Assembly: GCF_044704955.1 (NCBI RefSeq)
Contig: NC_091980.1
Location: 41,602,001-41,666,000, forward strand
From: Pristiophorus japonicus
Lineage: Eukaryota
DNA length: 64,000 nt
Direction: 5' to 3'
Part shown: piece after piece, positions 1 through 12,243 of the stretch
Layout: each line of letters opens with the position of its first letter
Position numbering within the stretch: the stretch's first letter is position 1
The notes under the pieces: generated by a model
What the model saw: only the letters and a program-made list of their open reading frames with translations
The model's database searches: none
What the model was told of the DNA's origin: nothing
Position numbers and translations under genes: made by a program

Positions 1-618
1 TAATGGGAGCGCATCAATAAAAATACTTCTTACTCTGACAACCCTGCAATGGTCATTCCACCTTTCCCTTCATTGCTTGTGGTCCCACCTTATCGAATCT
101 ACAGAGGAAATCTCCTCAGCCACACTCTTCCAGAGTCATCTTACAGCGGCTGGAGTATAGTTTAGATTGACCCTTCTGATTAATCTCCCCCCATCTGGTT
201 TCTATTGCAGTGATAAGGGCCTCATTGGCATCTGCAGTAAACTTCCTGGCCCTCTTCCTGCTGAATTCGCCTTGCATTTTCGATTCTCCTCTTTGTCTTT
301 GAAAACTGGCTGAAGCTGCACATGCGTGGGTGCATCCTGACAGCCGACCAGGATCGCGGGAAACAAAGCAGAAGAAAAAAATCGGGGAAAAAAAAAATTG
401 CGCATGCGCAGAGGGTCCATTTTACTTTATAATCGGTAGATTTGGCTCTGGTGCACAAATTCAGTTGTGCAACACTGGAATTTACCACTATCGCTATCGC
501 CATTCACCGTTTGGCGAATTTTAACGATAGCGTTGTTCCGCCGCTAAAAAATTTTAAAACGCCATCGCGATTAGCACCAAGAAAGCAGTCATAGCGCTAA
601 TTGTCGAATTTCTAGCCC
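1..618. mobile_element. Right end of a probable PIF/Harbinger-type element, truncated by the window edge
   Basis: Ends in gaatttctagccc (reverse complement GGGCTAGAAATTC), which resembles the GGG-initiated termini of the other Harbinger-like elements here. Subterminal region is CpG-rich. The partner TIR is not in the window. Confidence 0.35.
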
Positions 619-619
619 A

Positions 620-1127
620 TTAAGTTATATTATCTGAGTAGGCGGAGCTTAAGGAAACGGCACGAAACTTAACAAAAGATAGCATGACTTTCAGGGTAAA
701 CAAACCCATCGAAACTCACCAAACTAGCAGAACCATTAAAAGGCGTTAATAGGAAAATGATTAACTTGATCCAGAAATGGCAACAGCTTCTGCCGACCGC
801 CTCAGGGGTAAGGAAAGCCAATTAAAGAACTGCCATGAAACTAAGACCCAATGCTAAGAGACAATGAACTTAAAAAGTATAAAAAAGGAACCCAAAGCCT
901 GCTCGCTCTCTCTTGATGACCACGCAGCAAAGCAGAAAGCCTCCCTCTACAGACCAGACCAAGAAGCAAGGAAGAAGAACGTGAGATTTGCTTGACTCAG
1001 AGGGAAGCATAAGTTGTTTTCTCTGATAGGTTATGCACATGTGTGCGTGTTTAATAAACTCATTCTAAATTGTTTTAATAGAATTGATCTTGCTGTCAAT
1101 TTAATGCCAGAGAGAGAAAATCTTACA
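620..1127 (+). mobile_element. Possible LTR remnant
   Basis: TATA-like gtataaaaaa (~877), AATAAA (~1053) and a ...cttaCA end just before CR1 sequence begins. No paired LTR or TSD seen. Confidence 0.25.
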
Positions 1128-1226
1128 GTCATAGTGAAAGAGGAGGTAATTGAGATACTGACTGGAATAAAAATTGATAAACAGGAGCTACTAGAAAGGC
1201 TGGCTGTACTTACAGTAGCTAAGTCA

Positions 1227-1994
1227 GAATATTATCTGAATGGCGGCAGATTAGGAAAAGGGGAGGTGCGACGAGACCTGGGTGTCATGGTACATCAGTC
1301 ATTGAAAGTTGGCATGCAGGTACAGCAGGTGGTGAAGAAGGCAAATGGCATGTTGGCCTTCATAGCGAGAGGATTTGAGTATAGGAGCAGGGAGGTGTTA
1401 CTACAGTTGTACAGGGCCTTGGTGAGGCCTCACCTGGAATATTGTGTTCAGTTTTGGTCTCCTAATCTGAGGAAGGACTTTCTTGCTATTGAGGGAGTGC
1501 AGCGAAGGTTCACCAGACTGATTCCCGGGATGGCGGGGCTGACATATGAGGAGAGACTGGATCGACTGGGCCTGTATTCACTGGAGTTTACAAGAATGAG
1601 AGGGGATCTCATAGAAACATATAAAATTCTGGCGGGTTTGGACAGGTTAGAGGCAGGAAGAATGTTCCCGATACTGAGAAAGTCCAGAACCAGGGATCAC
1701 AGTCTAAGGATAAGGGGTAAGCCATTTAAGACCAAGATGAGGAGAAACTTTTTCACTCAGAGAATTGTGAACCTGTGGAATTCTCTACCACAGAAAGTTG
1801 TTGAGGCCAGTTCGTTAGATATATTCAAAAGGGAGTTAGATATGGCCCTTACAGCTAAAGAGATCAAGGAGTATGGAGAGAAAGCAGGAAAGGGGTACTG
1901 AAGTTGAATGATCAGCCATGATCCGGTGGTGCAGGCTTGAAGGGCTGAATGGCCTACTCCTGCACCTATTTTCTATGTTTCTATGTTTCTATGT
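1227..1994 (+). mobile_element. 5'-truncated young CR1 LINE (ORF2 C-terminus plus tail)
   Basis: RPHLEYCVQFWSP...RGDLIETYKI motif, (tttctatg)n tail, and 7-bp TSD TAAGTCA at 1220-1226 and 1995-2001. Confidence 0.92.
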
Positions 1995-2279
1995 TAAGTC
2001 ACCAAGAGTGGATGGGATGCATCCTAGGATGCTGAGGGAAGTAAAGGTGGAAATTGCGGAGATACTGGCCATAATCTTCGAATCCTCATTGGATGCCAGA
2101 GGACTGCAGAATTGAAAATTTACACCCTTGTTCAAATAAAGGGTGTAAGGATAAACCCAGTAAATACAGGCTAGTCAGTTTAACCTCGGTAGTGGGCAAG
2201 TTTTGAGAAACGATAATCCTGGATAAAATTGACATTGACTTGGACATGTGTGGATTAATTAAGGCAAATCATATTTAAC

Positions 2280-5200
2280 AGTCAGGAGCAGCAGGAAGTC
2301 GAGGATCGAGGCCTTTAAAAGGCCAGGAGTTTGGGCAGTTGGAGCAGCATCGGGAGCAGCGTGAGGTTGGGGATCAAGGCCGATAAAAGGCCAGGAGCAG
2401 CGGCAGTCGGGAGCAGCAGTCGGGCACAGGGGGAAGTCAAGGATCAAGGCCTATAGAAGGCCAAGAGTTTGGGCAGTCGGAGCAGCAATCGGGAGCAGCA
2501 GGAGGTCGAGGATCGAGGCCTATAAAAGGCCAGGAGTTTGGGCAGTCAGACCAGCAGTCGGGAGCAGCTAGCTGGGACAAGAGTAAACAAAGAAGTAATA
2601 AGAAATCGAAGTGTGATGTCACAGCCAAGCAGGTAAGTGATTGGCTGGTGGATTGGTGAGTATTTAATCTTTTTCGTTTTCTTTTTCTTTTCTTATCAGT
2701 AGGTAACCTTTGGCATTGTTGCCAAATTAGGTTAATTTAAAGGTTAAGTCATAGCAGGAGAGCCCAGACCTGTGCCATGCTCCTCCTGTGCTATGTACTA
2801 TGTGTGCAGGAAATTTGTCCGGCTGCAGCTCCTGACAGACCGCATTGCATCCGTGATGCTGAGGATGTCGTGAATAGCACATTTAGTGAGTTGGTCACAT
2901 CGCAGGTAAAGGTCAGATAGGCAAATAGGGAATGGGTGACCATCAGGCAGAGCAGTGGAATGAAGATAGTGCAGGGGTTCCCTGCGGTCATCTCCCTCCA
3001 AAACAGATACACCACCTTGGGTACTGTTGGGGGAGATGGCTCATCAGGGGAAGACAGAAGCAGCCAAGTCCATGGCACCAGCAGTGGCTCTGCTGCACAG
3101 GAGGGCAGGAAAATGAGTGGGAGAGCTATAGTGGTAGGGGATTCTATTGTAAGGGGAATAGATAAGTGCTTCTGCGGCCACAATCGAGACTCCAGGATGG
3201 TATGTTGCCTCCCTTGGGCAAGGGTCAAGGATGTCTCGGAGCGGCTGCAGGGCATTCTGGAGGGGGAAGGTGACCAGCCAGTTGTCGTGTTGCATATAGG
3301 TACCAACGATATAGGTAAAAAAATGGGATGAGGTCCTACAAGCTGAATTTAGGGAGCTAGGAGTTAAATTAAAAAGTAGAACCTCAAAGATAGTAATCTC
3401 AGGATTGCTATCAGTGCCACGTGCTAGTCAAAGTAGAAATAGCAGGATAGTTAAGATGAATACGTGGCTTGAGGAATGGTGCAAGAGGGAGGGATTCAAA
3501 TTCCTGGGACATTGGAACCGGTTCTGGGGGAGGTGGGACCAGTACAAACTGGACAGACTGCACCTGGGCAGGACCAGAACTGATGGTCCAGGGGGAGTGT
3601 TTGCTAGTGCTGTTGGGGAGGGTTTAAACTAATATGGCTGGGTGATGGGAATCTATGCAGGGAGACAGAGGGAAGTAAAATGGGGGCAGAAGCAAAAGGT
3701 AGAAAGGAGATTAGGAAAACTGGAGGGCAGAGAAATCAAGGGCAAAAATCAAAAAGGAGCACATTACAACATAATTCTAAAAGGACAAACAGTGCTAAAA
3801 AAAAACAAGCCTGAAGGCTCTGAGTCTCAATGCGAAGAGCATTCGTAATAGGGTGGATGAATTAACTGCGCAGATAGCTGTTAGCGGATATGATGTAATT
3901 GGAATTACGGAGACATGACTCCAGGGTGACCAAGGCTGGGAACTCAACATCCAGGGGTATTCAATATTGAGGAAGGATAGACAGAAAGGATAAGGAAGTG
4001 GGGTAACGTTGCTGGTTAAAGAGGAGATTAACGCAATAGTAAGGAAGGACATTAGTTGGATGATGTGGAATCTGTATGGGTAGAGCTGCAGAACACCAAA
4101 GGACAGAAAATTCTCGTTGGAGTTGTGTATAGACCACCAAACAGTAGTAGTGAGGTTGGGGATGGCATCAAACAGGAAATTAGGGATGTGTGCAATAAAG
4201 GTACAGCAGTTATCATGGGTGACTTTAATCTGCATATAGATTGGGCTAACCAAACTGGTAGCAATATGGTGGAGGAGGATTTCCTGGAGTGGTTAAGAGA
4301 TGGTGTTCTCGACCAATACATCGAGGAACCAACTAGAGAACTGGCCATCCTAGACAGGGTGTTGTGTAACGAGAGAGGATTAATTAACAATCTTGATGTG
4401 TGAGGCCCCTTGGGGAAGAGTGATCATAATATGATAGAATTCTTCATTAAGATGGAGAGTGACATAGTTAATTCAGAGACTAGAGTCCTGAACTTAAAGA
4501 AAGGTAACTTCAATGGTATGAGACGTGAATTGGCTAGGATAGACTGGCGAATGATACTTAAAGGGTTGACGGTGGATAAGCAATGGCAGACATTTAAAGG
4601 TCACATGGATGAACTTCAACAATCGTACATCCTGTGTGGCGTAAAAATAAAATGGGTAAGGTGGCTCAACCGTGGCTAACAAGGGAAATTAGGGATAGTA
4701 TTAAATCCAAGGAAGAGGCTTATACATTGGCCAGAAAAAGCAGCAAACCTGAGGACTGGGAGAAATTCAGAATTCAGCAGAGGAGGACACAGGGTTTAAT
4801 TAGGAGGGGGGAAATAGAGTATGAGAGTAAGTTTGCAGGAAACATAGAAACTGACTGCAAAAGCTTCTATAGATATGTGAAGAGAAAAAGATTAGTGAAG
4901 TCAAATGTAGGTCCCTTGCAGTCAGAATCAGGTGAATTTATAATGGGAACAAAGAAATGGCAGACCAACTGAACAAACACTTTGGTTCTGTCTTCACTAA
5001 GGAAGACACAAATAACCTTCCAGAAATACTAGGGGCCCGAGTGTCGAGCGAGAAGGAGGAGCTGAAGGATATCCTTATTACTCAGGAAATGGTATTAGGG
5101 AAATTGATGAGACTGAAGGCTGATAAATTCCCAGGATCCTGATAGTCTGCATCCCAGAGTATTTAAGGAAGTGGCCCTAGAAATAGTGGATGCATCGGTG

Positions 5201-6702
5201 GTCATTTTCCAACAGTCTACAGACTCTGGATCAGTTCCTATGGATTGGAGGGTAGCTAATGTAACCCCACTTTTTAAAAAAGGAGGGAGAGAGAAAACAG
5301 GGAATTATAGACCGGTTAGCCTGACATCAGTAGAGGGGAAAATGTTAGAATCAATTATTAAAGACATAATAGCAGCGCATTTGGAAAGCAGTGACAGGAT
5401 CGGTCCAAGTCAGCATGGATTTATGAAAGGGAAATCATGCTTGACAATTCTTCTGGAATTTTTTGAGGATGTAACTAGTGGAGTGGACAAGGGGGAGCCA
5501 GTGGATGTATTTAGACTTTCAAAAGACTTTTGACAAGGTCCCACACAAGAGATTAGTGTGCAAAATTAAAGCACATGGTATTGGGGGTAATGTATTGACA
5601 TGAATAGAGAACTGGTTGGCCGACAGGAAGCAAAGAGTAGGAATAAGTGGGTCCTTTTCAGAATGGCAGGCAGTGACTAGTGGGATGCCGCAAGGTTCAG
5701 TGCTTGGACCCCAGCTATTTACAATATATATCAATGATTTAGATGAAGGAATTGAATGTAATACCTCCAGGTTTGCAGATGACACTGAGCTGGGTGGCGA
5801 TGTGAGCTGTGAGGAGGATGCTAAGAGGCTGCAGGGTGACTTGGACAGGTTAGGTGTGTGGGCAAATGCATGGCAGATGCAGTATAATGTCGATAAATGT
5901 GAGGTTATCCACTTTGGTGGCAAAAATAGGGAGGCAGAACATTATCTGAATGGTGACAGATTAGGAAAAGGTGCAACAAGACCTCGGTATCATGGTACAT
6001 CAGTCATTGAAAGTTGGCATGCAGGTGCAGCAGGCGGTGAAGAAGACAAATGGCATGTTGGCTTTCATAGCGAGACGATTTGAGTATAGGAGCAGGGAGG
6101 TCTTACTGCAGTTGTACAGGGCCATGGTGAGGCTAGACCTTGAGTATTGTGTACAGTTTTGGTCTCCTAATCTGAGAATGGACATTCTTGCTATTGAGGG
6201 AGTGCAGCGATGGTTCATCAGACTGATTCCCAGGATGGCAGGACTGACATATGAAGAAAGACTGGATCGCCTAGGCTTATATTCACTGAAATTTAGAAGA
6301 ATGAGAGGGGATCTCATAGAAACATATAAAATTCTGGCGGGATTGGACAGGTTAGATGCAGGAAGAATCTTCCCGATTTTGAGGAAGTCCAGAATCAAGG
6401 GTCACAATCTAAGGGTAATGGGTAAGCCATTTAGGACCGAGATGAGGAGAAACTTCTTCACTCAGAGAATTGTGAACCTGTGGAATTCTCTACCACAGAA
6501 AGTTGTTGAAGCCAGTTCAGTAGATATATTCAAAAGGGAGTTAGATGTGGCCCTTACGGCTAAAGGAATCAAGGGGCATGGAGGGAAAGCAGGAATGGGG
6601 TAGTAAAGTTGCAAAAATGATCAGCCATGATCATCTTGAATGGTGGTGCAGGCTCGAAGGGCTGAATGGCCTACTCCTGCACCTATTTTCTATGTTTCTA
6701 TG
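2280..6702 (+). mobile_element. Near full-length CR1 LINE (ORF1 SGNH/GDSL esterase; ORF2 APE-RT), frameshifted
   Basis: 5' tandem array; ORF1 GDSIVRG...HIGTND; endonuclease VYRPP, MGDFN, SDH; RT NYRPVSLTS, PQGSVLGP, FADD; ctatgttt tail. Short flanking TAAC duplication. Confidence 0.95.
2281..2570 (+). repeat. Tandem monomer array in CR1 5' UTR
   Basis: About four imperfect units of gggagcagc...ggatc(g/a)aggcctataaaaggccaggagtttgggcagtc. Confidence 0.8.
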
Positions 6703-9214
6703 TAACTATCTTGATTAAGTTTTTTGATGAGGTAACAGAGAAGGTGGATGTGGCTTACATGGACTTCCAAAAGACGTTTGATAAAGTGCCACATAATAAG
6801 CTTGCCAGCAAAGTTGAAGCCCATGGAATAAAAGGCACAGTGATATCATGGATACAAAATTGTCTAACTTGTAGGAAACAGAGAGTAGTGGTGAATGATT
6901 GTTCTTCGGACTGGAGGAAGGTACACAGTGTTGTTCCCCAGGGACCACGACTGTTCTTGATATATATTAATGACTTGGACTTGGGTATAAAGGGCACAAT
7001 TACAAAATTTACAGATGACACAAACTTGGAAGTTTAGTGAACAGTGAGGAGGATAGTGATCGACTTCAAGAGGACATAGACAGACTGGTGGAATGGGCGA
7101 ACGCATGGCAGATGAAATTTAACACAGAAAAGTTCAAAGTGATATATTTTGTTAGGAAGAACAAGGAGAGGCAATATAAACTAAAGGGTACAATTCTAAA
7201 GGGAGTACATGAACAGTGACCTGTGGGTGGCAGGGCAGGTTGAGAAAGCAGTTGAAAAAGCATACAAGATCCTGGGCTTCATAAATAAAGGCAGTGAGTA
7301 CAAAAAAAAAGGAAGTAATAATGAATCTTTATAAAACACTGGTCCGACCTCAACTGGAGTATTGTGTCCAATTATGGGCAACACACTTTAGGAAGGATGT
7401 GAAGGCCTAGAGAGGGATCAGCAAAGATTTCCAAGAATGGTTCCAGGGATGAGGAACTTCAATTTTGTGGATAGACTGAAGAAGCTGGGGTTGTTCTCCT
7501 TAGAGCACATAGGGTTGAGAGGAGATTTGATAGAGGTGATCAAAATCATGAAGGATCTAGATAGAGTATGTAGTGAGAAACTGTTCCCATTGGCGGAAGA
7601 GTCGAGAACCAAAGGACACAGATTTAAGGTGATTGGCAGAAGAACCAAAGGCAACATGAGAAAAAAAATGTTTTCCCAGTGAGTGGTTAGGATCTGAAAT
7701 GCATTGTCTGTAAGGGTGGTGGAGGCAGATTCAATCGTGGCTTTCAATGGGAAATTGGATAAGTACCTGAAGGAAAAAAATAGCAGGTCTACGGGGAAAG
7801 GAAGGGGGAGTGGGACTAGCTGAAGTGCTCTTGCAGAGAGCCGGCATGGGCTCACAGGCCGAATGGCCTCCTTTTGTGCTGTAACCATTGTATGATTTTG
7901 AGTCCAGTGCCATGGTCTCAACTGCCCTTTTTGAAAACATGTTTCAGTTATTGATCAACCTCCATATAAAGAAGTACTTCCTGGTATCTGTCCTAAATTT
8001 GTCCTTCACAATCTTGTGTTTTGTTCTGCCAACTTGGTGTATCTAAAAGTATTGTTCTGTTTTTCCAAGTTAATTATTATGTACTTCCATTTATGGTCCC
8101 CTCTGTGACATCTCTCCAGAACTAAAGAGTTCTAACTTAACCAATTCTTTAACCTGGCTCAAAGATGTTGAGAATACCTCTGGATTGAAGGCCACCCTCA
8201 TCCAATCTGTCTAATTGGCTTTGGTGTACTAAGTTCAGGAACAAAACATGGGTCACAGCAATTCTAACTGTATCTATGTGTTTTTTTTGCAGAATCCCAA
8301 GCCACCTTGATACCAAGACTCTTTTCCTCATTAGCCTAATTACTAACCATCAGCTCATACTTGTCCAAGTGCTCAGTCTCTGATAGATTCCTGTAATTTC
8401 CCCACAATGTTTGTTCAATTGACAAGTCTGTAGTTTATTGATTTATCTCTTCTTCCCTTAAACAATGGCGTGACATTTCTCAATCCAAGGTCATAATTCA
8501 CAAATCTAGAGCGCTTTGGAAAATTATGACTTTATGCATCAACTATCTTGTGCTTTTATATCTCCCTACCTATTTCTCTTAATACCCTAGGGTGGAAACC
8601 ATCAGGTCCTGGAGATTGCTCAATCTTATGTCCCATTATTTCTCCATTACCATATTGTTTTACTTGTAGCTGCTAAGAAGTACTTCACTTAGTGTCACCT
8701 AGGGGTTTATGCTGAAGTCTCACCTTCTGATTCAGAGGTGTGAATGCTACCACTGTGCCACAACTAGCACATAAAAGGGTAATAAAAGATTGAAAATAAA
8801 TGATATCTAGTGTAAAGAGACTACAGTTACGATTGAAATACCTACTCATGATGGCTGTCAGTGTGACTCAAAATCAGTTCACAAAGTAATTTTAAAGGAT
8901 TACGATTACTTGGATTCCCACAGGGCATTCTTGAGCAGTGGTTTTCAGGAACCATGCCAGGTTAGCAGCTAAACTTTAGAACTGTGCTGCAAATGCATGA
9001 ACAGTGTCACAGGAGATCTGTTAGTATTCTAAATAAAGGTCAAATGAATAGTGGAACCCTATAGTAAAGTGAACTATAGCACTTGTTATAATCTGGTGGG
9101 TTCCTTATAAAAGCAGTAAGAAATCTCCCATAGGTATGTAATATAATGAGTATTAATTTATACTTTATCCTCATTCCATGGTTTCCTCTTGTACATTGTG
9201 GTGTAGTTGTCAAG

Positions 9215-9545
9215 TGTCAGACATGGCTCAGTGGGTAGCACTCTCGCCTATGAGTCAGAAGGTTGTAGGTTTAAGTCCCACTCCAGAGACTTGAGCACAT
9301 AATCCAGTGCAGTACTGAGTGTACTGTCAGAGGTCCCGTCTTTCAGATGAGACATTAGACTGAGGCCTGGTCTGCTCTCTCAAGTAGACGTAAAAGATCC
9401 CATGGCACTATTTCAAAGAGTAGGGGAGTTCTCCACGGTGTCCTGGCCAATATTTATCACTGAACCAATATCATTTAAAACAGATCATCTGGTTATTATC
9501 ACATTGCTGTTTATAGAACCTGGCTGGCGTGTTTCCTACATTACA
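9215..9545 (+). mobile_element. tRNA-headed DeuSINE (SacSINE1/AmnSINE1-like)
   Basis: A-box tggctcagtgg, B-box-like ggtttaagtccc, and Deu-domain gacgtaaaagatcccatggcactattt...ggggagttctcc.cggtgtcctggccaatatttatc. Confidence 0.8.
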
Positions 9546-10146
9546 GCCAACGTTCCCGCTAAGCTGCGTGGCTGCACAGTCGTCTGGAGGTCCCGCATTA
9601 CAACAGAACTTTAGTCAGCCTCACCTAAGTATCTACTGCAAAGGTAATGATTGATATTACTTTATGAAACAGTTTTTTCTTCCTCATTGATAACTTTATG
9701 TATTACACTGTACTGCCAATTTTCATAATTTTTTTTCCTTCTATTATACACCGTCACTATGCATTGATTAACTAGCCCCATGCAAACAGTCCCATTTTCC
9801 ATCAGAGATCAGTAGACGTGAATGAGAGGTTTCTTAATCATAGAAAAAAACAAGAACGTTTTTGGGTTTCAGCATATTTCGACCATGAGGATGATTTTTT
9901 TTTACAAAAGTGTTCCTAAAACTAAAGCACGTGAGCAAGAGAGAACAAATTATTACAGTGTAGAGTATGTAATAACTATTGAGTTCTAAGCACTGGGAAG
10001 GTTATTTTAAAAAACACTGTCACTCCTTCCTCTGTTCTTCTTGCAGACCGAAAGTATAAAATGAAATCTAGATATATGAACTATTGGGGAGTACGATGTA
10101 TCCTGGGGATTAATCTTGTTATATATGCAGACTATAGATATATTCT

Positions 10147-10450
10147 CTGTGTAGTCACTGTAAAGTTGCATAAGATGGAAACTTGTTACCTGATGTACCA
10201 TCAATAAGGTTCATACTATGCTGGCACCACTAGAGGGTGCAACTGGTGGAGACCGGGGTTTCCTGCCCCTGTGGCAGAGGCTGTCCACCAGAGGGTCGGA
10301 GACCTGAGGGTCACCTGCATAGGTGTGCAGGGCCCAGTATAAAAGGCTGCTCACCATGCTTGTGCCTCACTCTGGATTACGAATAAAGGACCAAGGTCAC
10401 TACAGTTTGAGTACAACACATTGCCTCGTGGAGTCATTACAGACATAATA
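10147..10450 (+). mobile_element. Solo LTR (Gypsy; related to the LTR of the element at 31618-35865)
   Basis: TATAAAA and AATAAA present; shares ccaccagaggg and cctcactct motifs with that LTR; flanked by ATTCT at 10142-10146 and 10451-10455. Termini are degenerate. Confidence 0.7.
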
Positions 10451-11159
10451 ATTCTAATACAAGCGACCATGTATCAAGGCATGTTTACACATCCCCACCT
10501 GTGTTTCCTTCTCTTTGCAGTCGGTAACTGGATAGCCTCCTTTATAATAACATTGCAAAAATCGAGGCATGTTTTCTGTAGAATTGTGGGGCAAAATCAC
10601 GTCTTGCTGCCCCATGACACAGTAGACTACCCCAGAGGGCTTTGGAGGTTCAGTCTTTGAGTATCTTCAAGACAGAGATCGATAGATTTTTTAATATTAA
10701 GGGAATCATGAGATATGGGGACAGTGCAGGAAAGTGGAGTTAAGGTAGAAATAGGCTGGAGGGGCTGAATGGCCTACTCCTGCTCCTAATTCTTATGTTC
10801 TTATATTAGAGTTTTGACCCCAATGCCAGCATTTATTTACACTTTCGAAAAAAGTTTTTCACCGTTTTATATATATATATATTATATATATATACATTAT
10901 ATATATGTGAAGAATCTTTTTTTTATAACTGGCTAGTGCTGAATGAAAAAGAAACAGAATATTAAGACTGAGGTTGGGACATGGCAATTTTACTTCTGCA
11001 GGAATGTAGCAAATTTAATGTACATATTTCTTCTAAATGCTGCTCTCACTTCATCTGCACACACTGGTGCATTTAGTGGGGGACTGAAAGATTTGGAATT
11101 TCTTCATTCAAAATGGTGCATCCTGATTAATTATAAATACTTTTTAATACAGAATTGAT

Positions 11160-11925
11160 AAAAACAGAAGAAGTTTCCAGCACAGAAGGAGGCCATTCAG
11201 CACCTTATGTCTGTGTGTGTTCTTTGCTCGAGCAATCTAAAACTAATCCCACTGCTTTGCCCTCGCCCTATAGCCCTGTACCTTCCTCTGCTTCAACTAT
11301 TGATCTAATGGTCTCTGTCTCAATTATTTTCTTTGGCAAAGCATTCCATATTCCAATCATACCTCTGAGTAAAAATATTTCTCCTAAATTATCTCAATCT
11401 CATAGGAATCATTTAAAATTGATAAGCAGCCCCCCAGCCCAGACATCATTGACTCCCCAATCAGAGAAAAAAATATTTCCTAATCACTGTCAAAACCCAT
11501 CAACATTTTTAAAACCTCCTATTAGCCTTCTCTGCTCCAGTGAAAATAGTCTCTTCTGTTTCTCTGTCTTAACTCTGTCCCTCCACAGATGCTGGCTGAC
11601 CTCCTGAGTGTTTCCAGCATTTTCTGATTTTATATAGTCTTGAGAACTATAAAAGAATTCATCAGTTTGTCTCATCTCCGACTTTTGTACATGCGGATAA
11701 AATGGGCACAGCACTAACCCTTGGGCTACAACGCTTCCAACCCTCCTCCAGTTCAAGTAGTGCCCATTTACCCAAGCATTGCTTCCTGTCTCAGCCAATT
11801 TTTGATCCATGTTACTACATTTCCTCTTACAACTAAATTTTTTAAATGAGCATCTGTGAGATATCTTATAGAATGCCCCCTGAAAATCTATATACGCTAC
11901 GTGTAGTGCATTTCCTTTATCCAAT
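11160..11925 (-). mobile_element. Highly decayed CR1 fragments
   Basis: MDKGN..YIDFQGAF, LFSLEQRRLIG remnants plus tail. Confidence 0.65.
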
Positions 11926-12134
11926 CAAGCATGACTTGTAATTTACAAATCCAAGCTACTGTCCTTGATTAAATACTGCATTTATATATGTTCACTAATT
12001 TTATCCTTGAATTATGGATTGTAAGAGATTGCTTTCTGTTTCTGTTTATCCAGATTCAAGGGACCAACTGCACTATTGAAAGTCACTTCCAAAGTCACTC
12101 TTTCCTTTCAGAGGTGCCAAATGAAGTCACCGTA

Positions 12135-12243
12135 ACCCAAAATCTAACCTTAAACCCAAATCTAACGACCCAAGCCAACCTTGAATCTAACCCAAGCCTA
12201 AACCTACCCCTATACTTAAATCCAACCGTAAAGTAAACTCTAA
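12135..12243 (+). repeat. Degenerate (TAACCC)-like hexamer tract
   Basis: aacccaaaatctaaccttaaacccaaatctaac...ctaacccaagcctaaacc. Confidence 0.5.

Larger units (their letters stand above)
1128..7897 (+). mobile_element. Old CR1 LINE ORF2/3' end, interrupted by two younger CR1 insertions
   Basis: Segments 1128-1226, 2002-2279 and 6703-7897 read as one continuous degenerate RT (..HPRMLREV.., KFFDEVT..DFQKTFDKVPH, FTDDT, WQMKFN) and end in a CR1 tail. Confidence 0.85.

Noticed and set aside
399-410. NRF1 site TGCGCATGCGCA as a gene promoter
   Set aside because: Lies within a probable transposon end with no gene nearby.
2281-2570. CRISPR-like repeat array (also 21250-21540 and 34003-34100)
   Set aside because: Imperfect tandem units without unique spacers, in a vertebrate TE context, with no cas genes.
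2631-2699. Small intron in the CR1 5' UTR (gtaagt/gtgagt ... pyrimidine tract cag)
   Set aside because: Only 43-67 nt long, and the upstream donor is absent from the second CR1 copy.
9215-9290. tRNA gene
   Set aside because: Degenerate tRNA-derived head that continues into a SINE body.
12135-12243. Interstitial telomere or fusion site
   Set aside because: Short and very degenerate, with no head-to-head arrangement.
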